NCBI GenBank assembly: GCA_016207165.1
Contig: JACQQD010000009.1
Span: forward strand, 1-64,000
DNA: 64,000 nt
Source of the DNA: Candidatus Micrarchaeota archaeon
GTDB lineage: Archaea; Micrarchaeota; Micrarchaeia; Norongarragalinales; Norongarragalinaceae
Reading direction: 5' to 3'
Below are positions 34,954 through 45,261 of the stretch, one piece after another. How positions within the stretch are numbered: position 1 is the first letter of the stretch; each line of letters starts with the position of its first letter. The notes below the pieces were generated by a model. It saw nothing but the letters and a program-made list of their open reading frames with translations, searched no databases and was not told the origin of the DNA. The position numbers and the translations under genes are program-made.

Positions 34954-36675
34954 TTACATTTTTTCCAGGGCTTCGATGCCCAATAGCTTGAGGCAAATGG
35001 AAAGCACGTTTTTCGTGTTGGAGGCGATGTGCAGGCGCTGGGTTTTCAGGGAGTCGCTTGCGCTCAATACGGGCGACGCGCCGTAGAATTGGGTGAATGC
35101 TTTGGCGACGCTTAACGCGTACTCGCACAAGGCGTGGGGTTGCAACGTTTCGGCGGTGTAGGTGACGGCTTCGGGGAACTCCGCCAGTTTTTTGAGTAGG
35201 TTTTTCTCGGACTGGTTCAAGTCCAGTTTCTTGGATGGTTTGGGAAGAAGGACGCCTGACTGTTTGTCTTTGGGGTTTTTGGTTTTCGTTTCTCTTGTTT
35301 TCGGGTTTGGCTTGTTTTGTTTGCCGGATTTTTCTCTGGCGTATTTTTCCAGGATGCTGGCGGCGCGCACGTGGGCGTATTGGATGTAGGCGGAGGTGTC
35401 GCCTTCGAATTGGACTTCGGCTTTGGGGTCAAAGGTGATGTCTTTTTCCAGGCGAACCTTCAAAACGCCGTATTTGAGGGCGGCGATGCCCACCGCTTTG
35501 GCGGTTTGTTTGGGGTTGCCGCTTTGCGATTTTTCCCGGACTTGGCGTTCGGCTTCCGCCACGACTTCTTGGATGACGTCTTCCAATAGGATGACTCGGC
35601 CTTGGCGCGTGGACATTTTTCCTTCGGCCAAGCGGATCAATCCGAATCCTTTGTGGTGGTAGTCTTCCGCGTATTTTCGCCCCATTTCTTTGAGCAGGGT
35701 TTGGAGTTGGCGGAAGTGGAGGTTTTGTTCGGAGGCGGTGATCACCCAGCTTTGCGCGAACGCGTATTTTTGCCATTTCCAGTCCGCCAACGCGAGGTCC
35801 GACGTGAGGTATACCGGCGTGTCGTTGCTGCGAAGCAGGACCGTGTTGGGCAAGCCGAATGGTTCAAGGACAGCGATGGTGGTGTCGTCCGGTTCTTTCT
35901 TGGCCAACCCCTTTTGGAGGGCTTCTTTGACGCATTTCCGCGCGTCGTTTTCCAAGGCGGTTTCCAGGGGGTATTCGTCGAAGGAGACGTCCAGCGCGTC
36001 GTAGTTTTTCTTGAAGGCCTTGAGGCTGAGTTCGCGGATTTCGGTGAGCTGTTTTTGGTGGTCTTGGATGTGTTCCAAGACGTTCCGGCTTTTTTCCTTG
36101 AGGGCGTCGTTGGAATCGATTTCCTTCTTGATTTTGACGTAGTATTCCAGGAGGTCTTTTTCGTCGCGGACTTTCGGCAAGTCCTTGAATTCTTCGATGG
36201 CCACGATGAGTTCGGCGATGTGGGCGCCCCGGTCGTTGAGGTAGTTCAATCGCACGACGTCTTTTCCAGTCCAGTCCAGGGCGTTGGCGCAGACGTCGCC
36301 GACGATGGTGGAGCGGATGTGCCCTAAATGCATGGGTTTGCCGGGGTTGGGTTGCGAGTACTCCAAGACCCATCGTCCTTTTTGCGGGGTTTGGGTACCG
36401 TAGTTTGGCGCCGCGGATTCCTCTAGCACGCGGGCGTAAAACGCGTCGGAAAAAAGCACGTTGGCGTACGGGCCGCTGGCCTTGACGGATTGAAATTCGG
36501 GGGGCAACGTCTTGGAGGCGATGTCTTGGGCGATGTCTTGGGGTGCCTTCTTCCGGGTTTTCGCGAGGGCGAAGCACGGAATGCTTAAGTCGGCTAGGTC
36601 CGGGTTCTTGGGCGTCTCCACCGGCGCGTCCACGGCCTTTTCCAGCTTGGTTTTGGCGTCTTTTAGGGCGTACAC
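34954..36675 (-). CDS. argS: Arginine--tRNA ligase
   Basis: SQPNPGKPMHLGH, KMSTRQG, YIQYAHVR, LLGIEALEKM. Confidence 0.96.
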   Translation of the reverse strand: MYALKDAKTKLEKAVDAPVETPKNPDLADLSIPCFALAKTRKKAPQDIAQDIASKTLPPEFQSVKASGPYANVLFSDAFYARVLEESAAPNYGTQTPQKGRWVLEYSQPNPGKPMHLGHIRSTIVGDVCANALDWTGKDVVRLNYLNDRGAHIAELIVAIEEFKDLPKVRDEKDLLEYYVKIKKEIDSNDALKEKSRNVLEHIQDHQKQLTEIRELSLKAFKKNYDALDVSFDEYPLETALENDARKCVKEALQKGLAKKEPDDTTIAVLEPFGLPNTVLLRSNDTPVYLTSDLALADWKWQKYAFAQSWVITASEQNLHFRQLQTLLKEMGRKYAEDYHHKGFGLIRLAEGKMSTRQGRVILLEDVIQEVVAEAERQVREKSQSGNPKQTAKAVGIAALKYGVLKVRLEKDITFDPKAEVQFEGDTSAYIQYAHVRAASILEKYAREKSGKQNKPNPKTRETKTKNPKDKQSGVLLPKPSKKLDLNQSEKNLLKKLAEFPEAVTYTAETLQPHALCEYALSVAKAFTQFYGASPVLSASDSLKTQRLHIASNTKNVLSICLKLLGIEALEKM

Positions 36676-36727
36676 CTATGGTTTCCTCATAAGGGTTTTT
36701 ATTGCTTCAAGCGGTTAGGTTCTCACT

Positions 36728-39700
36728 ATGCTGTCGGACCTCTTAAAGCCTTTTCTGAGGTTTTACTTTCTTTTGGAGGAACACTACTACAAGGGTTTGG
36801 AGGCCATCGAAGAAAAATTCAGTGTGCCGGTGTTTGATTCGTTTGTCGACCCGTTGGAGTCCCGAGGCATTCCCTCGTTTTTCGTCGTGATCTTGCTCTT
36901 TTTGTTGTTGGCCGGTTCCGCGTTGGTGGTGTTAACCCAGTCGCAGCCCGCGGGCCTCCAAGTGCTGGTGTATGGAAAGACCAGCTCGATTTCCGGCCAG
37001 CCCCTGGATGGCGCTTTGGTGGAGTTGTCCGATGAAACCGGGGTTTTGGACTCGCAAAAAACGCGTCGGGGCCTGGTGTCCTTTGAAAACCTGAAAAGCA
37101 AGGCGTATACTGTTCGTGTGACGAAAGAAGGTTTTGAGTCTGGGCAACGCGCGGCCAACCCGGTGGAATCCAACGTGGTCCGCTTGGAATTGTCCTGCCA
37201 GAACGCGCAAACCTGCGCGGAACTGGAGGCGTTGGCTCGCAGCGGTGGCGGCGGCGGGTCGGTGGCTACGTCGACGCCCAGGCCGCCGGGTTCCGGTGGG
37301 GGTTTAACGCCGGGACTCACGTTTAGCAACCCCGAAAACGGAGTGGATCCCGAATCCCCGGTGGGCCGACTCTTGATTTTGGTGCGGGACGAGGACGGCA
37401 ACTTGCTGGAAGGCAACGCGAAAGTCTACGATTCCAAGAGCGGGGCACTCATTGAAGACGTGCCGGTGTCGCAGGGCTCCGGAGTTTTGCCGAGTCTTCG
37501 CGTCGGGCGCAAGGTGTTCGTCAACGTCTTTTCAACGGGTTTTTCGCCGTTCTTGGGCAAGTCCAAACCTATCGTCATTGCGCCGGCCACCAACAAAGTC
37601 ACCGTGGTTCTGGAAGCCGGTGGCCCCACCCTGTCTTCCGGCGTTCGGGTGGTGGACCCCGAAAACGCGCCGGTTTCCGGTGCGCAGGTGTCCGTCTATT
37701 TGGCGGACCACTCCGAAGTTTTGTACTCGGATTACTCGGATGCCGAGGGCTTTGTCGAACTGGAGTTGGGCGAGGGATCCTATTTTGCCGTGGCGCGCGC
37801 CGAGGGATACTTGATGAATTATTCGCCCCGCTTTGAAGGCGGGGACACGGCGACCATTGTCTTGCCGCTGCGTGGCGGGGGGCCTGGTGGAGGCGGTTGT
37901 GACGGGCCGTGCGAGAATGAAGCGCATTTGAACGTTCACGCCGTGGATGACCTAGGTGTTGATGCGTCGTATGCCGACGTGGTGCTGCAGCAGAAAACCG
38001 ATTTTGGTTCCTGGTTTGTCGTGGAACCCGCCGAGTATGCCGGCGCTTCGGGCCGCGTTCTTTTCACGGGCTTGGTGCCCCAATCCCAAGTGCAAGTCAT
38101 CGCCACTCTTTACGATTTGAACGGCTCGGCGCAGGCGACGCTGGTTCAGGGGCTCAACGAGTTGGAAGTCGTTTTGTCCAAGCCGCCTTTCCAGGTGCGG
38201 GCGTATGCCGTTGATGCCTTGGCCAATGCGTACGTTTCCGACGCGCGCTTTGACGCCTTGGTCAACGGTGAATTGGTGGGGCAATGCCAGGGCAACGGTT
38301 GTTTGTTGACCGTGATTTCCGCGGAGAATGTTTACGTCAACGCGTCCGCGGACGGCTTCGTGTCGTCCGGAAACGCGTTTTACTTGTACGAAGGACTTGA
38401 CTCCAACGTCACCTTGTATTTGGTCAACCAATCGGCTTTGGAGGACGTGCACGTCCAGTGGCAGGGGTTGTATGGCTCCAACGGCCGGGAAGTCTCCGAA
38501 CTTCGCCCCGGCCGCATGTACGAGGCGCGTTTGCAGGTTTTTTCCAAGAACGCGGACGCCACCGGAGTCGTCTTGGACACGCAGAACGACGATGCACCCG
38601 TTTCCGGCCTGACGCCGAACGGTTTTGAGCAGAAGGGTTCGTACGCGGGTAGTTGTTTTGCCCAAGACGCCGACTTTGAGTATCCCCGGCAAGCGTGGGT
38701 GGACGTCAGGTACGCGGGAACCGTCAACGGCCAAGTGCAATTCAATTTCACGTTGGACCCCGACATCACGCTGGATGCCGCCACGAAGACCAAGGTCTTG
38801 GAATTGGCTTACCGCGCCTACGTGGTTCGCGGAAGCGATTACTTGCGTAATCCTTTTGACGCCTCGTTGTCCACGCGCCCGCACGAGGACCACCCGTCGG
38901 GCTGTTCCGGCCAGACGGCGGTCTACGTCCAGAACGTGACGGTCAAAAGCGATTCGACGACGTGCAACGCGTTGGGTTGCGTGACCTTGAACTTTAGGCA
39001 GGGCCAACGTTTTGCGCCCACTTTGTTTGAGGCGGACAACCAAGTGCTCTTCAATTCAACGAAACTGGATCCATTGTACGTGTTCTACACCGTGGAGTTT
39101 TTCTCTGGCCCCACGACGTCCACGCGTCTTGTGGCAGATTGGCCTGACAATCGTCTGGTGTTTATCAACGCCACGCACCCCGTGGTTGGCGACTCGGTGT
39201 TGGGCAACTCCAAGCGTTGCGAGTTCTCCGACGCCAAAAAACAGCGTTCCATCTCGCTTTGGGCCTCGTCTTTGGAACTGGATTTGAGGGATTTGGCTTT
39301 GTGTAGCAATTATGCGCCGCCCACGCGTTCTCGGCCTTTGCGGTTTGACGGCGTGGCGTACGCCCGTGCCTTGGAGGCGGGTTCCTCCGACGTGGCGCTC
39401 ACGCTGTCCAATGGCACCGACTCGGTGTCCCAGCCAGCGTCGTTTTCCGTGTCGGGCTTTGGCGTGGCTGCCAATGAATTCGGCATCGTGGAAGCCAGGC
39501 TCTCGCAGGTCCAGAACGCGTTGCCGGATGCCGCCGTGTTTCCCGTGTTGTCCACTGGCGAGTGCACGGCGGCGCAGGTGGCTGGAGGTACGTGCGACGT
39601 GGGTTTCGTTCAAGCGGATTACCGTTTCACGGCGTTATCCAATTCCGGTTTTCAATCCGACGTTCGTGCTTCCGACGGGTTGCAAGTGCATCAAAACGCG

Positions 39701-42700
39701 GCGCCCCAGGCCGCTTCGGCGGGTGCGCCGGGCACGGCCGTTGAGGGCCACGCGCTGTTGTTGGTTCCGGCCAATGAGGGACTTCAGTGGTTGAACATCA
39801 CCAAGTCTTTGGGCAACCAGGCCACCGTTCTTTCCCGCGTCATCACGTTGGATGGCGGCGTATCGTTTAACGGTTCTTCGCCATTCCCGCCGGGTTGGGA
39901 CACGTGCAACGGCTTCGTGGGAATCCAGTACGACCCTTCCAAGAATCCCAAGTTGTCGCTGGGCCAAGGGTGCAGCGATTTGGGTTTCCGCGTCACGCCC
40001 GTGTTTCCGGCGGACGCCGTGTTTTTGAACATGTCGATTCCCGATTTCGGCCGCGTCGTTGCACGCGCGGCGGCCACGGACGGGTCCCATGCATGCTATG
40101 AAGTCTGTGAAATTGACCGCAACGGCTTTGTCTATGGTTGCGAGGGCTTTGGGAAAAGCTTGTTTAACAACGTGCAGTACCTCGTCCGGTACAACCCCGA
40201 GTTGTTGGACGTTTGCCCGTCGGCGTACAAAGTCAAGGGCAACCGGATTGCCGCGTCGCAAATCACGGTGGAGTTCGCGTACACCGGCGACCAGGAAGCG
40301 TCGCGAAACGTGACGTTGCACGTGTTGGCGGACAATTCCGACAAGAGCCTCTACATTTCGCCGGTGTACACCTTTTATGGCTCCAGTTCGGAAGTGCTTT
40401 ACCCTCAGTTGTGGTCGGTGACCAACTACAAGCAACTCGGCAAGCGCAGCATCGTGTTCACTCAGCCTGGCAACATCGCCGTGTCTTTTGACGGTCCGGG
40501 AGTCAAGGTGTTCGCCGTATCCCAGGCGGGAACCGTTCAAGCGTTTGAGGGTTCGGACCGCTCTGCGCCGATTTTCGATTCCGCAAACCCCCAAAGCCCC
40601 GTCAAAACGGTTTCCAAGTACGGAGAGGCGTTGGCGTCCAGCCAACAGCAATTTGACGTGTCCACGCCGTATGCCGAAGCGTTGTCTTCGGCGTTGACGG
40701 AGTCGTTGTCCCAGAACGCGTTTCTTCAAAGCGAAGTCGCCGAAAAATTGAGTGCGTCGGTGCCGAGGGTGGCGGAGCGCACGGCGTATTGGCGCAGCAG
40801 CCAAGTCATTCGCTACTGCCAGCAGTCCCAGGCGTGCGTGGACTCGTATTACACGTTGGACGGCTGTTGCAAGGAATCCGTGGAGGACTGGAAGAATTAC
40901 ACGGTGCGCATCGATTACAGGCAAGAATCCTGCACGTTCTGCAACAACACGTTCAACCCGTCCTGCACCGACACGTCTCTGGAACACCTTCGAGGATACC
41001 TTCAATGCTCCTACGAGGCCACTCCTTCGTCCTCCTTCCAATGCGACCAGCGGTGCACGGCCAAGTCGTTGTTCCCGTTGGACGTGCAGCAGGGCATCGA
41101 CAACCAGTTGGGGGTGGGCGGCACCGGCATCACGTACGACGTGCTTCAAGGCAAGTACCTTTCGTACGGCGACTCCTTGGGCGGGCGCACGTGCCGCGTC
41201 GAGTTCTCTTCGCTCAATGCCTTCGTCAAGCAGGGCACCACGTTTACGTATTACTTGCCTTCGCAGCCCAAAACCGAGGTGCTCAAGGAGGAGTTGGAGC
41301 GTTGCTTGGCCAATGGCGATTGTCCGTTGACGCTCAAACCGTCGGCGAATCCCTCCCCGCTTCCATTTTTAGGGGCCCAACCGGCTCAACTAGTTCAATG
41401 CGTTTCCGATGCCAACCAGGACGGGTTGCATCAATTCAGCGAAAGCGTGGTGGACGCGTCTTGGCAGGTTCAATACCGGCAATTCGGGGGACAAATCGAC
41501 AAGGAGTTCTACAAGTGTCCGGCGGGACGCATTGCGGCGGTGGCGGAAGTCTCGTTTTTCTTTGAGGCGCGCCAGAACGGCGTGATTGCTTCCCGGACGG
41601 TGGCTACGGCGGCGGACATAGAGCGGTGCCGGCAAGGCACTTGTCCTTTTGTGGTCACGCCGCCCAACACGCCGGTTGTAGGAGGAGGCGTGCCCATTTG
41701 TTTTGCGGATTCCAATGGCAACGGTTTTGTTGAAACCAACCGGCAAAGCGAACTGAGTTCTTTACAACCTGCTGTGGCCTCCGGTTTCCAGGGCGGTGTG
41801 TACCAGTGTCCGTCCGGCACGCGGTTGGCCGTGGCGAATTTCTGCGTGTCGTCGTGCGAGAATTATTGTTCGGCGCCCAACTGCGACGCGTCGTTGGCGT
41901 GCCTTTCCAGCGGGGTCAAGAACGTGCCGACGGGCGGGACGGAACGCCTCTTCAACGGGTGGCTCAACGAAAGCCCGGTGGTGCCCGTGAACTTGGATGC
42001 GTCGCATTTGTCGCGTGGCAAACCCAATGTGCCGGCGGCGTGGTTTCCCGACGCGTTTTTGGAATCCGACGGAAAGCCTCTGTTCACGCATTCGTATGTG
42101 GTGAACTCCAAGACTCAGCCCAATTCGGTGGCGTCGTTAACCAAGGTGCTTTCCGTTCAGGGATGCGGGCCGGCGGGGGATTACCCGTACGACCAGACGC
42201 TTCTGCCGGAGCAGGGCCTATATGAAATCAGGGACTACAACGTGTTGGACGTCTCCGGTTCCACGTGGGTGGCTCAAGCCAATGCCGTGACGCTTTTGCG
42301 GCAGAATTACTTGGGGGACAAGTCGGCGGTGTGCCGCAAGCCCCAGTGGGATACGCAGTTGTGTGAGGTGTCGTTTGTGGATTCCTCTTCGCAGTACGGC
42401 GGGTGCTTCAACTCGATTCTGCAGTATCAGGGCTCTTCCAAGAAGTTGGGTGCGGACGTGCCTTTGGTGGGGGGTTTGGGTTACGGCGTCAAGAATGGCG
42501 TAGGCTTTGGCGTGGCGCCCAACGGGCACGCGTTTGCGTTGTTTGAGCCGGGATACGGCGAGGACAAGTGCGAGGACAAGAATAAAGTGCATTATGACTA
42601 TCAGACGTTGAACCACTGGAATCCGGATGGAAAAAACACGGGCGACCGCAAGTTCACGTGGCGGCAGGACTTGGGTTGCCACAGTGATTGCGGGTGCAAG

Positions 42701-43072
42701 AAGGGCGGGTACGGTTTGCTGGCCATTATTTTGGGGATTTTGGTGGCGGCTTTGTTCATTTTCGCTCTGCCGGCTTTGACGGGCGGATACACGGCACTGA
42801 TCATTGGTGGCGCCTCCATCGAGTTTTCCACGATTGGTTTGCTGGCTGGCGCGGCGATAGCTGGCGTGGGTTCCGGTGTGGGAGAGGTGGCTGGGGCGGT
42901 GGCGTCAAGCGTGATTCAGACGGTCAGCCAGGGCGCCATTGGCGTGGATTGCCAGTCGTGGGGTTTCTCGGGAGCGGTGGCGTACGCGTGCAAGGGAACG
43001 ATTTGGCAGATTTCCGCGGGCTTCGTCGCGCTTTTGTCTTGGATTCCCCGAAAGAAAAGGAAAGCCAATTAG
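36728..43072 (+). CDS. Giant (2114 aa) membrane-anchored protein with carboxypeptidase-regulatory-like/Ig repeats and Cys-rich C-half
   Basis: N-terminal TM; repeated G.P..GA.V...G...KEG(F/Y) modules; many Cys; C-terminal Gly-rich hydrophobic helices. Confidence 0.85.
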   Translation: MLSDLLKPFLRFYFLLEEHYYKGLEAIEEKFSVPVFDSFVDPLESRGIPSFFVVILLFLLLAGSALVVLTQSQPAGLQVLVYGKTSSISGQPLDGALVELSDETGVLDSQKTRRGLVSFENLKSKAYTVRVTKEGFESGQRAANPVESNVVRLELSCQNAQTCAELEALARSGGGGGSVATSTPRPPGSGGGLTPGLTFSNPENGVDPESPVGRLLILVRDEDGNLLEGNAKVYDSKSGALIEDVPVSQGSGVLPSLRVGRKVFVNVFSTGFSPFLGKSKPIVIAPATNKVTVVLEAGGPTLSSGVRVVDPENAPVSGAQVSVYLADHSEVLYSDYSDAEGFVELELGEGSYFAVARAEGYLMNYSPRFEGGDTATIVLPLRGGGPGGGGCDGPCENEAHLNVHAVDDLGVDASYADVVLQQKTDFGSWFVVEPAEYAGASGRVLFTGLVPQSQVQVIATLYDLNGSAQATLVQGLNELEVVLSKPPFQVRAYAVDALANAYVSDARFDALVNGELVGQCQGNGCLLTVISAENVYVNASADGFVSSGNAFYLYEGLDSNVTLYLVNQSALEDVHVQWQGLYGSNGREVSELRPGRMYEARLQVFSKNADATGVVLDTQNDDAPVSGLTPNGFEQKGSYAGSCFAQDADFEYPRQAWVDVRYAGTVNGQVQFNFTLDPDITLDAATKTKVLELAYRAYVVRGSDYLRNPFDASLSTRPHEDHPSGCSGQTAVYVQNVTVKSDSTTCNALGCVTLNFRQGQRFAPTLFEADNQVLFNSTKLDPLYVFYTVEFFSGPTTSTRLVADWPDNRLVFINATHPVVGDSVLGNSKRCEFSDAKKQRSISLWASSLELDLRDLALCSNYAPPTRSRPLRFDGVAYARALEAGSSDVALTLSNGTDSVSQPASFSVSGFGVAANEFGIVEARLSQVQNALPDAAVFPVLSTGECTAAQVAGGTCDVGFVQADYRFTALSNSGFQSDVRASDGLQVHQNAAPQAASAGAPGTAVEGHALLLVPANEGLQWLNITKSLGNQATVLSRVITLDGGVSFNGSSPFPPGWDTCNGFVGIQYDPSKNPKLSLGQGCSDLGFRVTPVFPADAVFLNMSIPDFGRVVARAAATDGSHACYEVCEIDRNGFVYGCEGFGKSLFNNVQYLVRYNPELLDVCPSAYKVKGNRIAASQITVEFAYTGDQEASRNVTLHVLADNSDKSLYISPVYTFYGSSSEVLYPQLWSVTNYKQLGKRSIVFTQPGNIAVSFDGPGVKVFAVSQAGTVQAFEGSDRSAPIFDSANPQSPVKTVSKYGEALASSQQQFDVSTPYAEALSSALTESLSQNAFLQSEVAEKLSASVPRVAERTAYWRSSQVIRYCQQSQACVDSYYTLDGCCKESVEDWKNYTVRIDYRQESCTFCNNTFNPSCTDTSLEHLRGYLQCSYEATPSSSFQCDQRCTAKSLFPLDVQQGIDNQLGVGGTGITYDVLQGKYLSYGDSLGGRTCRVEFSSLNAFVKQGTTFTYYLPSQPKTEVLKEELERCLANGDCPLTLKPSANPSPLPFLGAQPAQLVQCVSDANQDGLHQFSESVVDASWQVQYRQFGGQIDKEFYKCPAGRIAAVAEVSFFFEARQNGVIASRTVATAADIERCRQGTCPFVVTPPNTPVVGGGVPICFADSNGNGFVETNRQSELSSLQPAVASGFQGGVYQCPSGTRLAVANFCVSSCENYCSAPNCDASLACLSSGVKNVPTGGTERLFNGWLNESPVVPVNLDASHLSRGKPNVPAAWFPDAFLESDGKPLFTHSYVVNSKTQPNSVASLTKVLSVQGCGPAGDYPYDQTLLPEQGLYEIRDYNVLDVSGSTWVAQANAVTLLRQNYLGDKSAVCRKPQWDTQLCEVSFVDSSSQYGGCFNSILQYQGSSKKLGADVPLVGGLGYGVKNGVGFGVAPNGHAFALFEPGYGEDKCEDKNKVHYDYQTLNHWNPDGKNTGDRKFTWRQDLGCHSDCGCKKGGYGLLAIILGILVAALFIFALPALTGGYTALIIGGASIEFSTIGLLAGAAIAGVGSGVGEVAGAVASSVIQTVSQGAIGVDCQSWGFSGAVAYACKGTIWQISAGFVALLSWIPRKKRKAN

Positions 43073-43109
43073 CCGGATTTTTGCGTTTTGGGGCGTTGCG
43101 GGTTTTTCC

Positions 43110-44600
43110 ATGGTTTTTTCCGTTTTTTCCCGGTTGGAGAAAAGCAAGGTGGGCGTGGCCCCGCTTTTTTTCGTTCTTTTGTCCGCGGTGCTGGCCCGCA
43201 TCGTCTTGGAGTGGGTTTTGGAGGCGGGCCACCAGTTGCAGTCTCCGGCGTCGTTGTTCTTGTTTTTGTCGTATTTTTCGGTGACGCTTTGCGGCGTCGT
43301 GCTTCTGCTTTGGCTTTTTTCCGGAAAGCCTTTGGTGGGGGTTGTCCGGGTGGTGGCGGGGTTTTCGTGGTTGCTTTGGGTGCCGCCGGTCTTTGACTTT
43401 TTGTGGTCAGGCGGGAAAGGGTATGCTTTGAGTTTCGTGTTTTCCGTCGCCGGCTTTTGGGAGGCTTTTTCCTCGTTTTGCGCGTCGTGCGTGGGGGTTT
43501 CGCCCGGACTTCAAGCCGAGGTTTTCTTGTTGTTGTTCGTCGCTTTCGCTTACGTTTTTTGGGCGTCAAAAAGTCTGTTTCGGGGGGTTTTAGCGGTTTT
43601 GGGGGTGTACGCGTGGGTGCTTTTCGGCGCCTTGTTTCCGGGTTTCTTGATGGGTTTTTTCGGGCATGCGTTCCAGGACGCGTTCTTGTTTAGGGAGACG
43701 TTGTCGGCGTATGCCGTGGCGTTGTCGGCTTTCTTTTTCGCGTTTTTGGCTTCAGACAAGAAAGTGGCGGCCGCGTTCTGGAGCCGGTTGCGGTTGGAGC
43801 GGTCCCTGCATTACGCGGGCGTGGCGTTGTTTGGGGCGGTGTTGGGTTTTTCGTTTTGGGAGCATTCGTTTCCAGGTGTTTTGCTGCCTTTGGCCGCTTT
43901 GCTTTTCAGCGTGTTTTTCGCGTTTGAGGCTGCGGTGTGGGTCAACGACGCCTTCGATGAACGCATTGACCGCATTTCAAGTCCGAAGCGCGTGAAACTG
44001 GCGTCGTTGCTTGAACCTTACCAGGGCTTTTTTCTGGCCGCCTTTTTGGTGTTAAGCTTGGTGGCCGGTTTGGCGGCAGGTTTTGGGGTCTGGTTGTGGG
44101 TGGGCTTTGCCTTGGCGTTGAGCGCCGCGTATTCGGTGCCGCCGCTTCGCCTGCGCTGGCATTTCCTGTCGTCAAGTCTGGTCATCGCCTTGTGTTCCAC
44201 CGTCGTTTTCGTGGCGGGTTTTTCTTTGGGGTTGCTGGAGCCGGAGACCGTGCTTGCGGTGGTGCCGGTGGAGTGGGTAGCCATGGTTTTTGGCTTCGTT
44301 TTCTTGGCGTCGCCTCTGGTCTGCCTCAAGGACGCGGACGGGGATAAAAAGGCGGGGGTATTGACGTTGGCGTCTTGGCTGGGTCTGAGGCGCGCCTGGT
44401 GGGCGGTGTTGGGGTTGACTGTGTCGGCCGTGGCGTGGGCGGCGTATTTCGCGGCGCTTTCCTGGGTTTGGGCGGCGTTGTTTGCCGTGGCGGTGGCGGT
44501 TTGCTTTGTTTGGACGCGGTTTGCCGCCGTCAAGTTGGAGCCGTTGGCGTTTTTGTTGGAGTACGCGTTTCTGGTTGTCGTGGCGTTGCACTTGGTATAG
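43110..44600 (+). CDS. UbiA-family prenyltransferase fused to an N-terminal multi-TM domain
   Basis: NDAFDERIDRISSPKR, YSVPPLRLR and KDADGDKKAGVLTL motifs in the C-half. Confidence 0.85.
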   Translation: MVFSVFSRLEKSKVGVAPLFFVLLSAVLARIVLEWVLEAGHQLQSPASLFLFLSYFSVTLCGVVLLLWLFSGKPLVGVVRVVAGFSWLLWVPPVFDFLWSGGKGYALSFVFSVAGFWEAFSSFCASCVGVSPGLQAEVFLLLFVAFAYVFWASKSLFRGVLAVLGVYAWVLFGALFPGFLMGFFGHAFQDAFLFRETLSAYAVALSAFFFAFLASDKKVAAAFWSRLRLERSLHYAGVALFGAVLGFSFWEHSFPGVLLPLAALLFSVFFAFEAAVWVNDAFDERIDRISSPKRVKLASLLEPYQGFFLAAFLVLSLVAGLAAGFGVWLWVGFALALSAAYSVPPLRLRWHFLSSSLVIALCSTVVFVAGFSLGLLEPETVLAVVPVEWVAMVFGFVFLASPLVCLKDADGDKKAGVLTLASWLGLRRAWWAVLGLTVSAVAWAAYFAALSWVWAALFAVAVAVCFVWTRFAAVKLEPLAFLLEYAFLVVVALHLV

Positions 44601-44688
44601 CAAGCCAAGAAAGTTTCCCGACTACTTTCTTGGCTTGCTAGACAGCAAGACCGGCCTATTTCGTCGTCTTATTTGCCGGTCTTGCTGT
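44598..44688. repeat. Two tandem divergent palindromic (T/C)AGCAA...TTGCT(A/G) units (copy B)
   Basis: TAGCAAGCCAAGAAAGT/ACTTTCTTGGCTTGCTA (17 bp) and ACAGCAAGACCGGC/GCCGGTCTTGCTGT (14 bp). The first TAG is the UbiA stop codon. Confidence 0.85.
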
Positions 44689-44739
44689 AAGCTGACAACT
44701 CTTTTAAACGCGGGACTCGTCAAAGGCTTTGGAATCGAA

Positions 44740-45258
44740 ATGGACCTCAAGAAAATCATTCGGGAAATGCTCAAGAAGGGCATGTCCGAAGAGCAGGTCA
44801 AGGACAACCTCCGCGAATTGGGGGTGGAAAATCCCGATGAAGTCTTTGCCGAGGCCACCGAGCAAATGGCGGAGGTTCGGACTCCCGGGCGCTTGCCTCC
44901 GGATTCGCCTCCTGTAAAGCAAAGTGACGTCGGCATGCGGGAAGTCGGTTTATCCCAATCTGAAGAAGAAGGCGGGCACGACTTGTTTGAAGCGGAAGAA
45001 CAGCCCAAGGCCGACAAACCCGGGTTTTCGTTCACGCGCGTTTCCGGCGAAGGCGAACAAGAGGAGCACGTGGGCCGAAGCCGTCCGGCGGCGGAAAGTG
45101 TCGGCGACTTGATGCAGTCCGTCCCGGAAACGTCGCTTTCCGATTTGGATGCCGTGGAGCGGAAACTGGATCAAACCATTGCGTTGTTGGGGGCGCTTAA
45201 AGACGTCAACCAGAAGATTCTACAGGCCCAGCGGGATATATTGTTGCGGCTGAAATAA
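44740..45258 (+). CDS. Hypothetical acidic protein (N-terminal helical domain, disordered middle, C-terminal coiled coil)
   Basis: ATG 44740 about 33 nt after TTTTAAA. Confidence 0.75.
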   Translation: MDLKKIIREMLKKGMSEEQVKDNLRELGVENPDEVFAEATEQMAEVRTPGRLPPDSPPVKQSDVGMREVGLSQSEEEGGHDLFEAEEQPKADKPGFSFTRVSGEGEQEEHVGRSRPAAESVGDLMQSVPETSLSDLDAVERKLDQTIALLGALKDVNQKILQAQRDILLRLK

Positions 45259-45261
45259 CGG

